64,000 nt of DNA. Origin: a virus. The stretch covers positions 23,480-87,479 of the IMG/VR virus record IMGVR_UViG_3300002038_000006; one strand, given 5' to 3'. The notes below the pieces were generated by a model. It did not search any database and was not told the origin of the DNA. It saw only the letters and a program-made list of their open reading frames with translations. Made by a program: the position numbers and the translations under genes. The first letter of the stretch is position 1; each line of letters starts with the position of its first letter. This document shows, piece by piece, positions 38,821-49,255 of this stretch.

Positions 38821-40077
38821 ATGAACAAATTAGAATTTTTAAAATTCCTTGCCCGTAATAAGTTATACGCTAAGAAGAAAGTATTGATTTCTTGCTTTGC
38901 TATTATTACACCAGAGGAACGTGGAACTAGTGAACCATTTGTTGGTCAGATAGTTACCCACGATGGTAAGGTTAGTGTTCTTGATGAAGAACTAGAATCC
39001 CAAATCCTAGATGGGTGGGTAGATGGTAAACCATACCTAGATGTAAACGAAGTGGTTGAATTAGAAGCTGGCGATATTCCAAATATCAAAGGTAAGACTA
39101 AAACTACTTACGGTATCGCTCTTGTTAACATGTTGATGCTTACACATGCATTCGATGACAAGATTGATTACATTAATGGTACTATAGGCTACGGTGTACT
39201 TGAATCACACATCCTTAAAGCGTTACATGGTAAAGAAGTATCTGTACCAGAGCTTAGGGTGTTTCTCAAGGCCGCATCTTGGGCAACTGGGATAATGCCA
39301 TTGTTTATTGCTCCTACGTCCCCTAAGTCCATACAGGGCTCCCCAGTGGCTAAGTCTCTACGTAAGAAACTAGTAGAAGAACGCAAAGACAGATTGGATG
39401 ACCCAACTGCTCTAGCCGAAATAGATACTGCTCTATCTAAGCTAGATAAAGAATACATCGAAGGTGATGTTACTGAAGCTTTCTATAAGTCAGGTAAGGC
39501 ACACAACGTTACTCGTAAACGTATGTATTCTATCTTTGGTGGTGAAGCAGATTTAGAAGACCCGTCTAAGATGAACCTTGTAACTAACTCACTTGAAGAA
39601 GAGTGGGATATTGCACAGATGCCATCTATGGTTAATGCTCTACGCATGGGTTCTTATAAGCGTGGTGCAGAGACTGCACTAGGTGGAGCTGACTTTAAAG
39701 ATTTGTCTCGAATGTTCCAGAACATCAAGATTACTGAAGATGATTGTAAATCTAAAGTAGGTAAGCAGATACTATTCACTAAAGAGAACTACAAGCGTCT
39801 AGCAGGCCGTGTAACGGTTAAAGGTAAAGTAGTCAGTGAATCAGATGCCAAAGGTAATATCGGTAAGAGAGTGCTTCTTAGAAGTCCTCAGGCTTGTCTT
39901 ACTAAAGGCTCTAACTTCTGTAAAACTTGCGTAGGTGAAGCAGTAGCAATCAACCCTAATTCGGTTGGTATGTTAGCAGCAAACCTTGGTGCATCATTCT
40001 TAAGTATCATGATGGCAGCGATGCATGGTCGTGCTTTGAAACTTGTAGAAGTGGATTTAAACGAAGTGATGTCTTAG
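38821..40077 (+). CDS. Virion RNA polymerase beta' C-terminal subunit (phiKZ gp80-like)
   Basis: ITEDDC, LRSPQAC...FCKTCVG (beta' Zn site), VGMLAA..G....MAAMHG trigger-loop-like. Confidence 0.85.
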   Translation: MNKLEFLKFLARNKLYAKKKVLISCFAIITPEERGTSEPFVGQIVTHDGKVSVLDEELESQILDGWVDGKPYLDVNEVVELEAGDIPNIKGKTKTTYGIALVNMLMLTHAFDDKIDYINGTIGYGVLESHILKALHGKEVSVPELRVFLKAASWATGIMPLFIAPTSPKSIQGSPVAKSLRKKLVEERKDRLDDPTALAEIDTALSKLDKEYIEGDVTEAFYKSGKAHNVTRKRMYSIFGGEADLEDPSKMNLVTNSLEEEWDIAQMPSMVNALRMGSYKRGAETALGGADFKDLSRMFQNIKITEDDCKSKVGKQILFTKENYKRLAGRVTVKGKVVSESDAKGNIGKRVLLRSPQACLTKGSNFCKTCVGEAVAINPNSVGMLAANLGASFLSIMMAAMHGRALKLVEVDLNEVMS

Positions 40078-40090
40078 TCTTAAACATACT

Positions 40091-40118
40091 GGAGAGCTTC
40101 GGCTCTCCTTTATGCCGT
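40091..40118 (+). terminator. Hairpin + TTTATGCCG after vRNAP gene
   Basis: GGAGAGC-TTCG-GCTCTCC-TTTATGCCGT. Confidence 0.7.
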
Positions 40119-40175
40119 ATTGTTATGATAGCCTACCGTAGTATAATGGCTAATAACATGTAAGGGAGACTAACC

Positions 40176-40565
40176 ATGGAATTAGAAACTGCATTAAAGA
40201 TGGCTTATCGTGCTGGGTTGAATAATAACAATAATAGTTGCAGGACAAATGAAGATGTTGTAGTTACCGATATAATGGACAAGGTAACACTTCGACGCTT
40301 TACAATAGGAGATTGGATTTTCGATGTAAAGTTAGTTAGAGCGCTAAAAGTGAATGTGTATGGTGAACCTTATACGATGGCCGCCAACATAACCCTTAAT
40401 GGTGAGAGTTCGTACATTGACACCTTAGTTGGTAGAAGTGACACACCAATGACTAGGAATGATATCCGTTCGTTATCTAAGGCAGCTAAGAAATTAGAGG
40501 CTGGAAAATTACAATACGATAGAATGAATAGTAGCGGTAAGAGAAGCGAAGAGCTAGCTCTTTAA
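40176..40565 (+). CDS. Hypothetical protein
   Basis: GGGAG RBS; IGDWIFDVKLVRA..VNVYGEPY; flanked by two hairpin elements. Confidence 0.6.
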   Translation: MELETALKMAYRAGLNNNNNSCRTNEDVVVTDIMDKVTLRRFTIGDWIFDVKLVRALKVNVYGEPYTMAANITLNGESSYIDTLVGRSDTPMTRNDIRSLSKAAKKLEAGKLQYDRMNSSGKRSEELAL

Positions 40566-40576
40566 TATTTTCAACC

Positions 40577-40617
40577 AAAAAAAAAGAAGAGGAGCGCAAG
40601 CTCCTCTCTTTATGCCG
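40577..40617. terminator. Bidirectional terminator
   Basis: A-tract, AGAGGAGC-GCAA-GCTCCTCT, TTTATGCCG. Confidence 0.7.
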
Positions 40618-40618
40618 A

Positions 40619-41353
40619 CTAATGTTCATCTAAGGAAGTCATAGCTTCATCGTACCTATGCTTAGGCATGACTCTATATTTACCAACCAAGTCATCGGAC
40701 TCTCTAAATAGATGTTCCGCCAGTTCTTCTCTAGTAATAGGGAACTCAGTTCCCCGCATCGATAGCACATGGGGTATGTCTAGATATATCTGAGCATTTC
40801 CAGTGTACGTATCAATTAGTACTGGTTCTATATTGAGACGTCTTTGAACATTTATTCTATCTACCATATACATATCTGGTTTACGATTAATATCGAATAC
40901 GCAAATCATGCTAGGGTAGGTGGAACTATCCTTACGTTCTACACCGTGTGTGGTAAATGTTAATCTACCGTGTATAAATCTAATCTGTCCTTTAACTAGG
41001 TCACTTATGAAAATCTTGGTTGAAGTATCCACTGGTATAAACAATACTACCACCGCACCCTTCCTAGATTCCTCCCATGCCTTCTTAATGAACTTACGTT
41101 TTATACTAGTACCGTTAGGTGGAGCACAAAAGACAACCTCATTGCTCCAGTCTTTAGTAAGTGCATCATCTTCCATAGTGTAGTACTTCTTACACTTAGC
41201 GTTATCGTCACTAGCCGCAGCATCTAGAGTAAAGCCAAACTCACTATCTAGTTGGTTATACATCCCGTCCAGAGTCCCGTTACTATCCGGGGTACTTGGA
41301 TTAAGGTAAGTCTTACCAGCCAAGTTGTTAATTATTCTATCCTTCAGCGCCAC
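40619..41353 (-). CDS. Phage Dam-family N6-adenine methyltransferase-like protein, catalytic motif degenerate
   Basis: FGFTLDAAASDDNAKC, DALTKDW, VVLFIPVDTST, IRFIHGRLTF; FCAPPNG instead of WCNPPY. Confidence 0.75.
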   Translation of the reverse strand: MALKDRIINNLAGKTYLNPSTPDSNGTLDGMYNQLDSEFGFTLDAAASDDNAKCKKYYTMEDDALTKDWSNEVVFCAPPNGTSIKRKFIKKAWEESRKGAVVVLFIPVDTSTKIFISDLVKGQIRFIHGRLTFTTHGVERKDSSTYPSMICVFDINRKPDMYMVDRINVQRRLNIEPVLIDTYTGNAQIYLDIPHVLSMRGTEFPITREELAEHLFRESDDLVGKYRVMPKHRYDEAMTSLDEH

Positions 41354-41436
41354 TAGCGAATGTCTCCAAAATATGTCTTTTCATTTTCTTTTTTTCCTGT
41401 TATTTAAAAGTTAATTAAAACATTGAATTCTCCAAT

Positions 41437-41460
41437 GCACTAGAATAATATGTGTCTAGC
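41437..41460 (-). promoter_or_regulatory. Early-type promoter for Dam-like gene
   Basis: CTAGACACATATTATTCTAGTGC. Confidence 0.6.
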
Positions 41461-41551
41461 AAATATTCGAAACGGCAAAAAAAATAACGGGGGGACTAGC
41501 CCCCATTTCTTAATACCAGCATTTTACGCTTGGTCCAGTAATCCAACATCA

Positions 41552-42589
41552 TCAACCAATTTCAATAGACAGGATTGTGCTTCTGCCATTGAATATAAAC
41601 CTAGATGCGAAATCAGATAACCTCACACACTCAGCTGTAGTAATGGTGTACTTGCCCGGAGTAGAGAATAGAAGTATCGAACGTTCTTTCTGAATATCAG
41701 TTAGACGTTGTAATAATAATTCTTTCCTTTGTTCCAGTGGCATCCTACCCAGCGTGTATGCTAAAGCTTTTCCGACTATAACCCCTTCCATGGTCAGTGA
41801 TGGATATGTCTGAACTTGTGGTTCTTCATCCGACATTTCCGACTCATCAAACAGGATACCCTGACGTAACTTAACTTTAGCAAACACTTCAGTTAATGTA
41901 CCCATGCTAGTATGCTTGAGTAGGATATCTTTCTGTTGTTCTGACATGTTCTTAAGCTTCCCGACGGATAGCTTACAGTTCAGGTGCAGTAATTCTTTAA
42001 GAGAACCGGAATCAAATGGCATGTCTTCGCTATAGTTGCTTAACTTACCTTCCGACCAATGTCTTAAAGACGCTTCTAGTTCAGATTCGTATATAACTCC
42101 ATCGTCACTTACTCCCGCTAATAACATTAGCGAAGCAACGTCTCTTGCATCCGTTTCACGCAAACCTAATGCGTTAAGTTCAGAAGAGTTGAATTCAACG
42201 ATTAAACCCTTAGATAAGGCATCGACGATTTCATCTGGTGTTCTACACGGGTCTGATTTCAGGTTTAGAACGTTTAGTAAAGAACCTAATTGTTTACGTT
42301 CAATTACTTCATCCACTAGGCGAATAAGTGTTTCCCTGTCAAGATGTCTAACTTCAGACACCAATCCACGTAATACAAATACTGCTACTAGCGTATCTTC
42401 ACTTCCGATTAATTCTCTAACCGTTGAAAGACAGTTACAGGTCTGTTGGACCCAACGTTCAGTCACCTGCGGTTCCATCTGATACCGTGACCATATTGTT
42501 AACAGAACTGCTGCCAGTTCGTTTTCTTTGATGGATGAGTGTTCAACAATTGGGACTTTTCTAATAAGTCCTGTTTCAACTGTATACAT
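41552..42589 (-). CDS. Hypothetical protein
   Basis: AGGAG RBS before ATG 42589. Confidence 0.55.
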   Translation of the reverse strand: MYTVETGLIRKVPIVEHSSIKENELAAVLLTIWSRYQMEPQVTERWVQQTCNCLSTVRELIGSEDTLVAVFVLRGLVSEVRHLDRETLIRLVDEVIERKQLGSLLNVLNLKSDPCRTPDEIVDALSKGLIVEFNSSELNALGLRETDARDVASLMLLAGVSDDGVIYESELEASLRHWSEGKLSNYSEDMPFDSGSLKELLHLNCKLSVGKLKNMSEQQKDILLKHTSMGTLTEVFAKVKLRQGILFDESEMSDEEPQVQTYPSLTMEGVIVGKALAYTLGRMPLEQRKELLLQRLTDIQKERSILLFSTPGKYTITTAECVRLSDFASRFIFNGRSTILSIEIG

Positions 42590-42653
42590 TGTATAACTCC
42601 TAAAATAGGTGATATCACAATGAGTTGTTAGTTGCACTACTCTTTGGTACTAC

Positions 42654-43409
42654 TTAGTTTACAATAAACTCACCACGTATTTGTATACAAGAGTTTAAGT
42701 TGGCATTAATTGCATCAACTCTGGATTTAAAGTATTTCGGTAAAGATATGAATGCCAAAATGTCTAACATTACAAGCGGAGCACTTGCTGGCATTATTCC
42801 CGAATCTTTCATCATGGCTAACAACTCTCCTTTTCCTTTCAACACATGATTATCCTCCTCTATTTGGTTTATAAACTTCTCAGCTAAGGCTACTCTATAC
42901 GCTAACGTAAAAGTATCCTGCATTTTGATAACACTGCACATCTGGGCATAATCATTCACCCACTGATGTTGACCCTCAAAGACAACCTTGTTACCAGCCT
43001 TGAGTTGTGTCAAATAGTATCCCATAGATTTTACTATAACTTCTGCTTGGAAGTCATTGCAACCCTGTAACTCACGGACATCGACCAATAGTTCGTGTCT
43101 ATATACGTCAACTAATGCAGAGTAGGTACGAAACTTACTAGGCATAGTGAAGTATGGTGATAAATACAAGTTTGATGGTATGTCGGAGATATGACAGTAC
43201 TTCGTATAGTCAATCCCGATACTAGTTTGAGCGACAACTTCTTGGTTCTTATCTACCGCAACTAATTGCGGTCGTGTAACATGGTTGTCTTTTGCTTCAG
43301 TTCCTAACGATGCACCGTCCCTAAGTTCAGCGCACTTAGCTGCGATTCCCATCGCAGCATTCCCTAGAAATTCTAAAGACCAGTTTTTAACGGACTTTAG
43401 CTTAGTCAC
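42654..43409 (-). CDS. Hypothetical protein
   Basis: GGGAG RBS, GTG start overlapping helicase stop. Confidence 0.55.
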   Translation of the reverse strand: MTKLKSVKNWSLEFLGNAAMGIAAKCAELRDGASLGTEAKDNHVTRPQLVAVDKNQEVVAQTSIGIDYTKYCHISDIPSNLYLSPYFTMPSKFRTYSALVDVYRHELLVDVRELQGCNDFQAEVIVKSMGYYLTQLKAGNKVVFEGQHQWVNDYAQMCSVIKMQDTFTLAYRVALAEKFINQIEEDNHVLKGKGELLAMMKDSGIMPASAPLVMLDILAFISLPKYFKSRVDAINANLNSCIQIRGEFIVN

Positions 43410-44935
43410 TTTGAGGGTCTCCCTATTATAAAGGCGGAATTCATTTCACCTATCGACTTAACACGTGGACGGAGAAGCTTTTTCTTCTTCTCATGATATT
43501 CCATATGCTTTGGCAAGTTGCGTGCTAGGATATACATGAAATCCGGTTCAATATCAGGCCAATCCTTTAACTTCCTCAACCTGCCCACAATCTGGATATT
43601 AGCCTGACTGGAACTGATATTGGTTGTCATTAAACTATAACGTAAGCCGGGGATGTCCACACCAGTACCCGCAGAGAGGGCAGTTGATGCTGAGATATCA
43701 GATTCCATAAGAACCTCATAATCATCTTCGGATATATAACGGGATACGTCTAGCGTAGGATTACGCATAGCTAAATGGTCAGCTATTTTACCACACATTT
43801 CTTTAGTCGCTGCGAATACTAAACATTTCTGTCCTTCCTCTCTACGACTAACATACATGTCATACACCAGTGCATCTATCATGCCTAGGTATTGTGCTAG
43901 ATAAAGTGGGCGTTTAATAATGCTCTCTTCAAATAGCGTATGACTGTACATCTTCTGTTGGTTGATGTGTCTAATCTTTTCAGGTTCCCATAGTTCGTAC
44001 ATCAATGCTTTAACACGAATGTACTTATCGAAATCACCCGGCATGAAGCGCATACGCTCTGGCCATTGTATCTGCAACATTTTATTGCGGAATGGTGAAT
44101 CGGTAGTAATGGTAGCTGACAAGAAGATAGTCTTGGGTATATGCGCATACAAGTCCATCTTAAAGATTTGGTGTTGGTTTTCGTGGGCTTCATCTACAAC
44201 TCGCAGACCTACCCCTAGGACTTTCCACAGTTCCCAAGGTTTAATAGGATAGCCTCTCAACTTACCCATTTCGTAGTCTTTATAAAAACGCGCAAGTGTT
44301 GTAGTTGACGCAATGATAGCCTTGTAGTCAAACTCTCCAGCTATTGCAAGGTTTATCGCACTTAACAAAGCTTTACTGCCTCGTATAACGCAAATCTCCT
44401 TTTTAGTTAACTGTAGACATTCTGCAAGGTCACCAACCCACTTCTCGATATACTTACCACCCATTTGAAAACAAGTGAGTACACCAAGTGTTTCAGCAGC
44501 TTTTTGGCTACAGAAAGTTTTACCACCACCAGTAGCAAGAGTAACAACCTTTGATTCGCCCGGGTCTTCCATATACTGGATAACTCGTGGTTGGTCGTCT
44601 CTCGGAACCCATGACTCAGGAATCTTGTAATCTACCTCGGTTGGCGTATACATACGTTTGACCGTAATATCTACCAAGCTAAGTGGAATACCAGCATTCT
44701 TTAACATGTCGATGAATTCATCGTACTGGTTAATGTGGAAGCGATAGTAACTTCTATCGTCAGGCGCAGCGGCGTAAACCTTCTTTGCCTCTTTGTGGAA
44801 CTTACCTCTCGCGTAATAACCCGCCCACTCAACGAGCGGACGGAGAAAGTTACTGATGAGAGGTCTCATACGTGGCGATATCTTAGTCACCGCAAAATGG
44901 TGACTGTAAACATCTATGTTGCAATATGAACTCAC
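43406..44935 (-). CDS. SF2 helicase (phiKZ gp75-like)
   Basis: LATGGGKT, VVDEAH, LSAT, GTGVDIPGL, QIVGRLR. Confidence 0.9.
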   Translation of the reverse strand: MSSYCNIDVYSHHFAVTKISPRMRPLISNFLRPLVEWAGYYARGKFHKEAKKVYAAAPDDRSYYRFHINQYDEFIDMLKNAGIPLSLVDITVKRMYTPTEVDYKIPESWVPRDDQPRVIQYMEDPGESKVVTLATGGGKTFCSQKAAETLGVLTCFQMGGKYIEKWVGDLAECLQLTKKEICVIRGSKALLSAINLAIAGEFDYKAIIASTTTLARFYKDYEMGKLRGYPIKPWELWKVLGVGLRVVDEAHENQHQIFKMDLYAHIPKTIFLSATITTDSPFRNKMLQIQWPERMRFMPGDFDKYIRVKALMYELWEPEKIRHINQQKMYSHTLFEESIIKRPLYLAQYLGMIDALVYDMYVSRREEGQKCLVFAATKEMCGKIADHLAMRNPTLDVSRYISEDDYEVLMESDISASTALSAGTGVDIPGLRYSLMTTNISSSQANIQIVGRLRKLKDWPDIEPDFMYILARNLPKHMEYHEKKKKLLRPRVKSIGEMNSAFIIGRPSK

Positions 44936-44960
44936 TTTAACCTCTCCCGTATTTAGCCAA

Positions 44961-46934
44961 TTACCCCGCTAGAATATTATCGAAGTTGTGGTCAGGTACG
45001 TTAGTCTCGGTAAATGAAGATGCTCTAAGTATAACATCACCATGACGTTCAAATGCCATCGCCGCAGACATACTACGGTTAAACATATTTTCACGATGGA
45101 TGTTAAAGGTTTCTTCTTCTTGCCCAACAGGTGGACAATTACTATTCGCACGAACAGATGAAGTAACCATAGAGGATAGTAACAATACTTCTAGATGTAA
45201 TACATTTACATTAGCTCTGCTATTTACTATATCGTAAAGTTTACGCAATGCTTCTGCTGATGTCTTACAACCATACACACCGTTTCTACTCTTCTTCTCA
45301 ATAAACTCAGAAATGCTTTGCATGTACTCAAGCATGTTCATGTGTCTTTGAGGCATTACCAAGAATGGCTTACTAAACGTCCAATGACTAAGGTCAATAA
45401 CGTAGTCGCCATAGTTATCTACTTCCCAACCGTACTTCTTCAAGTACTCTAGAAAATCATAAGTAAAGCTAGCAAGACGTGGACCTACTGATGTAGGGAT
45501 GATGTTATCCACTTCTTCCGGTACGTTTTTACTGTTAGGCATAGTTCGTCTAATAACGATTTCAGCCATTGCAGCAAGTGTTGTAGTCGGAAGTATTTTA
45601 ACATCAGTAACATTACTATTATTGATGTCTTCCAGATACTTAACGTACTGTTCTGGAATTACTAACTTAGGCTTCTGGTCTCTAAGCGTCATGTGGAACT
45701 GAATCTTCGACTGGTCACCACCATTCAACTTAATGAACTCAGCGTCTCTAGCTTCTATATTCAAATGTTCCGCAACTGAAGAACCATCTTCATGTTTAGT
45801 AGACATTACCTTTTGCGTTACGAATGAACACAATGCTATTGCACAGATATGACCTAAACGAGTTGCTTGGCGGTAATACATATCGCTAGGAATCGAATTA
45901 CTCAATGACCCAGCACATGTTTCACACACGTTATATTCATGACGATGATTACATGCCATCGGAGAACGTAAACGAATTAACTTACCCTCCAAATGTTTAG
46001 ACTCAGGAGTAATTTCTTCGAGTGTACCATTATCCAATACATGCATCTTACCATTGAGATTGCCAAGTGATTTCTTGGTTACCATAAACTCTACAGTTTC
46101 GGTAGTACCACAATCACCCGGAACCAAAGCTTTCACGTATTGATTCTGTAAAGAAATCTTACGACCGAAATACTCAGTCTTACGTAAAGGTTCAGTTGTT
46201 GCCTTCAATGCCTTAGTACCTGAACGACTTTCTTGTGCCGAATCAGCTAACACTTTCAAACCTTCAATGAAACCACGTAGTAATGGCTTACGGAAGATGT
46301 TTGAATCGTAATCGGTAATGAACCCACGAATAAATGCTTGTAACACTTGTCCGATAGAAATCAATGAAGCACGACACGCATTTGTAATCGCATTTGCATT
46401 TAGGGTAGGACACGTCATTACCACATCAGTGATTTGACGATAAGCCTGTTCAATACCAGCGGTACTCGGACGAACTTCTGCAATCGCTTCAGCAACTACA
46501 GGATGCTCGAATATTTCCAAGTAATCCATTACGGATATTGTTGTTACGTATTCTTCTAACTCTTCACCGGTGAATACGAAAACATTGTTAAAGATAATCA
46601 TTGCCATACGGTTGAGTAAATCCATATCGCGTGATATACCTTTGTCGAAACATTCCCACAGGGGACGTGAGATTAGTTTCTTGTGTATGCTATTACCAAA
46701 TGTAACGTTACCAATATGGTGATGTGGTAGTAACGGTAGGTCTGGGAAAGCACGGTGATAATCCCAGTAGATAGTAGATACAATAGTCTTACGACCATTT
46801 AGAGTTAATACAGTACCATCATCGAACTCAATTTGCATTGTTAATACATTATCGTATCGTTCGATTAATTCTTCAGGGCTGAGAGACAATAAGTCTCTCG
46901 CCTTTATTACGCCATCAAGATGAACTGGTTGCAT
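44961..46934 (-). CDS. Non-virion RNAP beta' C-terminal subunit (phiKZ gp74-like)
   Basis: SAQESRSGTKAL, GDCGT, LRSPMAC....VCETCAG, VMSTKH, RSMSAAMAFE. Confidence 0.88.
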   Translation of the reverse strand: MQPVHLDGVIKARDLLSLSPEELIERYDNVLTMQIEFDDGTVLTLNGRKTIVSTIYWDYHRAFPDLPLLPHHHIGNVTFGNSIHKKLISRPLWECFDKGISRDMDLLNRMAMIIFNNVFVFTGEELEEYVTTISVMDYLEIFEHPVVAEAIAEVRPSTAGIEQAYRQITDVVMTCPTLNANAITNACRASLISIGQVLQAFIRGFITDYDSNIFRKPLLRGFIEGLKVLADSAQESRSGTKALKATTEPLRKTEYFGRKISLQNQYVKALVPGDCGTTETVEFMVTKKSLGNLNGKMHVLDNGTLEEITPESKHLEGKLIRLRSPMACNHRHEYNVCETCAGSLSNSIPSDMYYRQATRLGHICAIALCSFVTQKVMSTKHEDGSSVAEHLNIEARDAEFIKLNGGDQSKIQFHMTLRDQKPKLVIPEQYVKYLEDINNSNVTDVKILPTTTLAAMAEIVIRRTMPNSKNVPEEVDNIIPTSVGPRLASFTYDFLEYLKKYGWEVDNYGDYVIDLSHWTFSKPFLVMPQRHMNMLEYMQSISEFIEKKSRNGVYGCKTSAEALRKLYDIVNSRANVNVLHLEVLLLSSMVTSSVRANSNCPPVGQEEETFNIHRENMFNRSMSAAMAFERHGDVILRASSFTETNVPDHNFDNILAG

Positions 46935-46964
46935 TTTTGAATAGTTCCTTTTAGTTTATTCAGG

Positions 46965-49139
46965 TTATTTGTTAGGGTTATGTTTACTGTGTCGGAATTC
47001 CACACCACCACACATTAACAAATGCTTCATTAATTGTAATGGACGTGAATTGCCACGAGGTATCTTCTTACGGTTAACTACACAATCGATGTCAGTTGGT
47101 TTATCCGCCGTCATGATTGAATGGTTAATTTCTTCTGATGAATATAACGAGTTAGTTCTATCCAATAGTTCCGCAACTGTATCTGGGTCCATGACCGCAG
47201 ACATTAATCGTACCTCAGACTCACCTGCAAAACGCACAGGAGATTCACGATATGGATTCAAGTATTTATCCGCCCTACCTAACTGAACAACGATACCGTG
47301 ATGTTGACGCTTAGCAATAGATGTAGTAGACCAATCTTCACCAGTCTTATCCAATAACATCATGTACTTCGTATCAATCGCAACAGGTTTCTTGGTAGTA
47401 ATCATCTTACCACTATTACCACGATAGGTAACAGGACCAACAATGCTAGGACAATTTGCTTCAATGTCTTTCACTTGTTGGATACCAACGTTAGGACTGT
47501 TTGGAGGTAACATTAATGTTAATGCTTCTTGGTCCGACAACTTAGGATTCATAATAGCCTTGACGTGATTGTCCTGCTTTGATTTATCCGTAAGATGTTT
47601 TAAACAATACCAATACATGTAAGGTGATGCTGCTTTATAATAGGCCATGGCAATTTGAAAACCATCTTCTAAATTAGCTGCACTACGAACACGTCTAACA
47701 CATTGTGTGCTTGCTTGGTTTGTCCATTGTTCAAATATCTGACCAACATTAGAACGTTTGATTACCGATAGTGGGTCTTTGATTACATCCGCTACAATAC
47801 CACATTGAGTTGTTGGCATATCAGCATCAGGTCGAATTCCTACAATTACACCTTTAGTACCGTGAGTATCCGTAATCTTATATCCGATTGTTGGAATCTT
47901 ACGATAGGCGTAGGTAATCTCAATATTGAAATCATCCAGTGGAGCTTTGTTCTTAGTGCGGACAACTCGTTCTTTAGAAGAGTCATTGAAGTTCGCTAGA
48001 GCCTCTACAACCCAAGCATGGAACTCTGGAGTAATATCAAGATTGTTGTGACGTAAACGATTGTTCTGATTATACAGCTCAATGATTTTCTTATAGAAGA
48101 TATCTTTGCTCTGTACATACTTAAGCATTTCACCATCCATTCCAGTAGGAGTAGTACGGTATCTTACATTGTGGTCAGTAAGTACTTCAACATCTACAAT
48201 AGTTGCACCCGGTTGTGCATAAATAGTTTTGTCAAATTCAATGTCAACTCTATCCGCTAACAGATTACGTGGATGTAAATCTGAGATGGTTAAATTTTCA
48301 TCAATGGTACGAAAGGCCATAACTAAGCCATCTTCGCGAATCTTCTCACCCGGACCCGGAAAAGGTTTGTATTGATTTTCATCGCCATAAAGATTCAGTG
48401 GGAATAACGCTTTACCACAAGAAGCCTGACGAGTACCTAACATCGTTGTTGCTAGTTTACGTTGGTAACTTTCACTAATTTCAAAACCATCCTCAATAAT
48501 ACCGGGAACAGTCATGTACGCTACATTAGTTTCGATTCCGTACTTGTAGTTGCCTGTTTCATCAACACAAGGTGAATCAGCAAGGATTGTACCTTTACCA
48601 ATTGTTTGTCCTTTATTCAACTTAGCAATTGCTTGTGGGTTCTGTTTGAACTTCCACCCAAGACTTGTATGTTGAAAGAAGTACTTCTCTAGTAAGATAC
48701 TACCAATTTCTTTTGTTTCGAAATCTTCGTATATAACTAATGTAGACGGGTTTTCTTTGATAGCACCTTGTGATACTTGTTTAGCGTATTTAGGGAATAC
48801 ACCAAGAATGGTTGCGTTAACTGGAATACGTTGGTTAAATGTATATTTACCAAACTCACGTTCAGTACCAGTAAGGTTACGTCGAACTGTCGCACCCTCA
48901 GTAACTAAACGTTGTTTAAGATGTGACGCTTGCATTTGTTGTCGTGATGCAGAGTTAACTGCTATCCATGGATTCAAGTTAGTAGGTGCCCCAACTAATT
49001 CGATATCTAATTCATTGATTAAACTAGCCTTACCCTCTTTATTGAGAGTCACGAATAGTTCAGATGTCGTATCCATGTAGACCGGTTCACCTTTCATATC
49101 CGTGATATGCAGGAATCGTTCAGTATCAATCATTATCAT
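46965..49139 (-). CDS. Non-virion RNAP beta C-terminal subunit (phiKZ gp71-73-like), uninterrupted
   Basis: NSASRQQMQASH, IEDGFEIS, GYKITDTHGTKG, YMMLLDK, VRFAGESEVR. Confidence 0.9.
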   Translation of the reverse strand: MIMIDTERFLHITDMKGEPVYMDTTSELFVTLNKEGKASLINELDIELVGAPTNLNPWIAVNSASRQQMQASHLKQRLVTEGATVRRNLTGTEREFGKYTFNQRIPVNATILGVFPKYAKQVSQGAIKENPSTLVIYEDFETKEIGSILLEKYFFQHTSLGWKFKQNPQAIAKLNKGQTIGKGTILADSPCVDETGNYKYGIETNVAYMTVPGIIEDGFEISESYQRKLATTMLGTRQASCGKALFPLNLYGDENQYKPFPGPGEKIREDGLVMAFRTIDENLTISDLHPRNLLADRVDIEFDKTIYAQPGATIVDVEVLTDHNVRYRTTPTGMDGEMLKYVQSKDIFYKKIIELYNQNNRLRHNNLDITPEFHAWVVEALANFNDSSKERVVRTKNKAPLDDFNIEITYAYRKIPTIGYKITDTHGTKGVIVGIRPDADMPTTQCGIVADVIKDPLSVIKRSNVGQIFEQWTNQASTQCVRRVRSAANLEDGFQIAMAYYKAASPYMYWYCLKHLTDKSKQDNHVKAIMNPKLSDQEALTLMLPPNSPNVGIQQVKDIEANCPSIVGPVTYRGNSGKMITTKKPVAIDTKYMMLLDKTGEDWSTTSIAKRQHHGIVVQLGRADKYLNPYRESPVRFAGESEVRLMSAVMDPDTVAELLDRTNSLYSSEEINHSIMTADKPTDIDCVVNRKKIPRGNSRPLQLMKHLLMCGGVEFRHSKHNPNK

Positions 49140-49167
49140 CTTTCCCTTTTATTTATTAAGATTGGAT

Positions 49168-49192
49168 TACACTTTGATAATATATGTTTCAA
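49168..49192 (-). promoter_or_regulatory. Early-type promoter for nvRNAP beta-C operon
   Basis: TTGAAACATATATTATCAAAGTGTA. Confidence 0.65.
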
Positions 49193-49255
49193 ATTATTTA
49201 ATCGAGTAGGAATCTCTTTGTATGTTTTAGTTTGAGAAGCTTCGGAGACCAACTC

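Noticed and set aside
41552-42589. Degenerate HD phosphohydrolase impression (RYQMEPQ)
   Set aside because: No His-Asp ligands present; too weak to claim
6890-49139. Inteins or introns in helicase, polymerase or RNAP genes
   Set aside because: ORF lengths are normal, with no intein N/C-terminal motifs or embedded endonuclease seen
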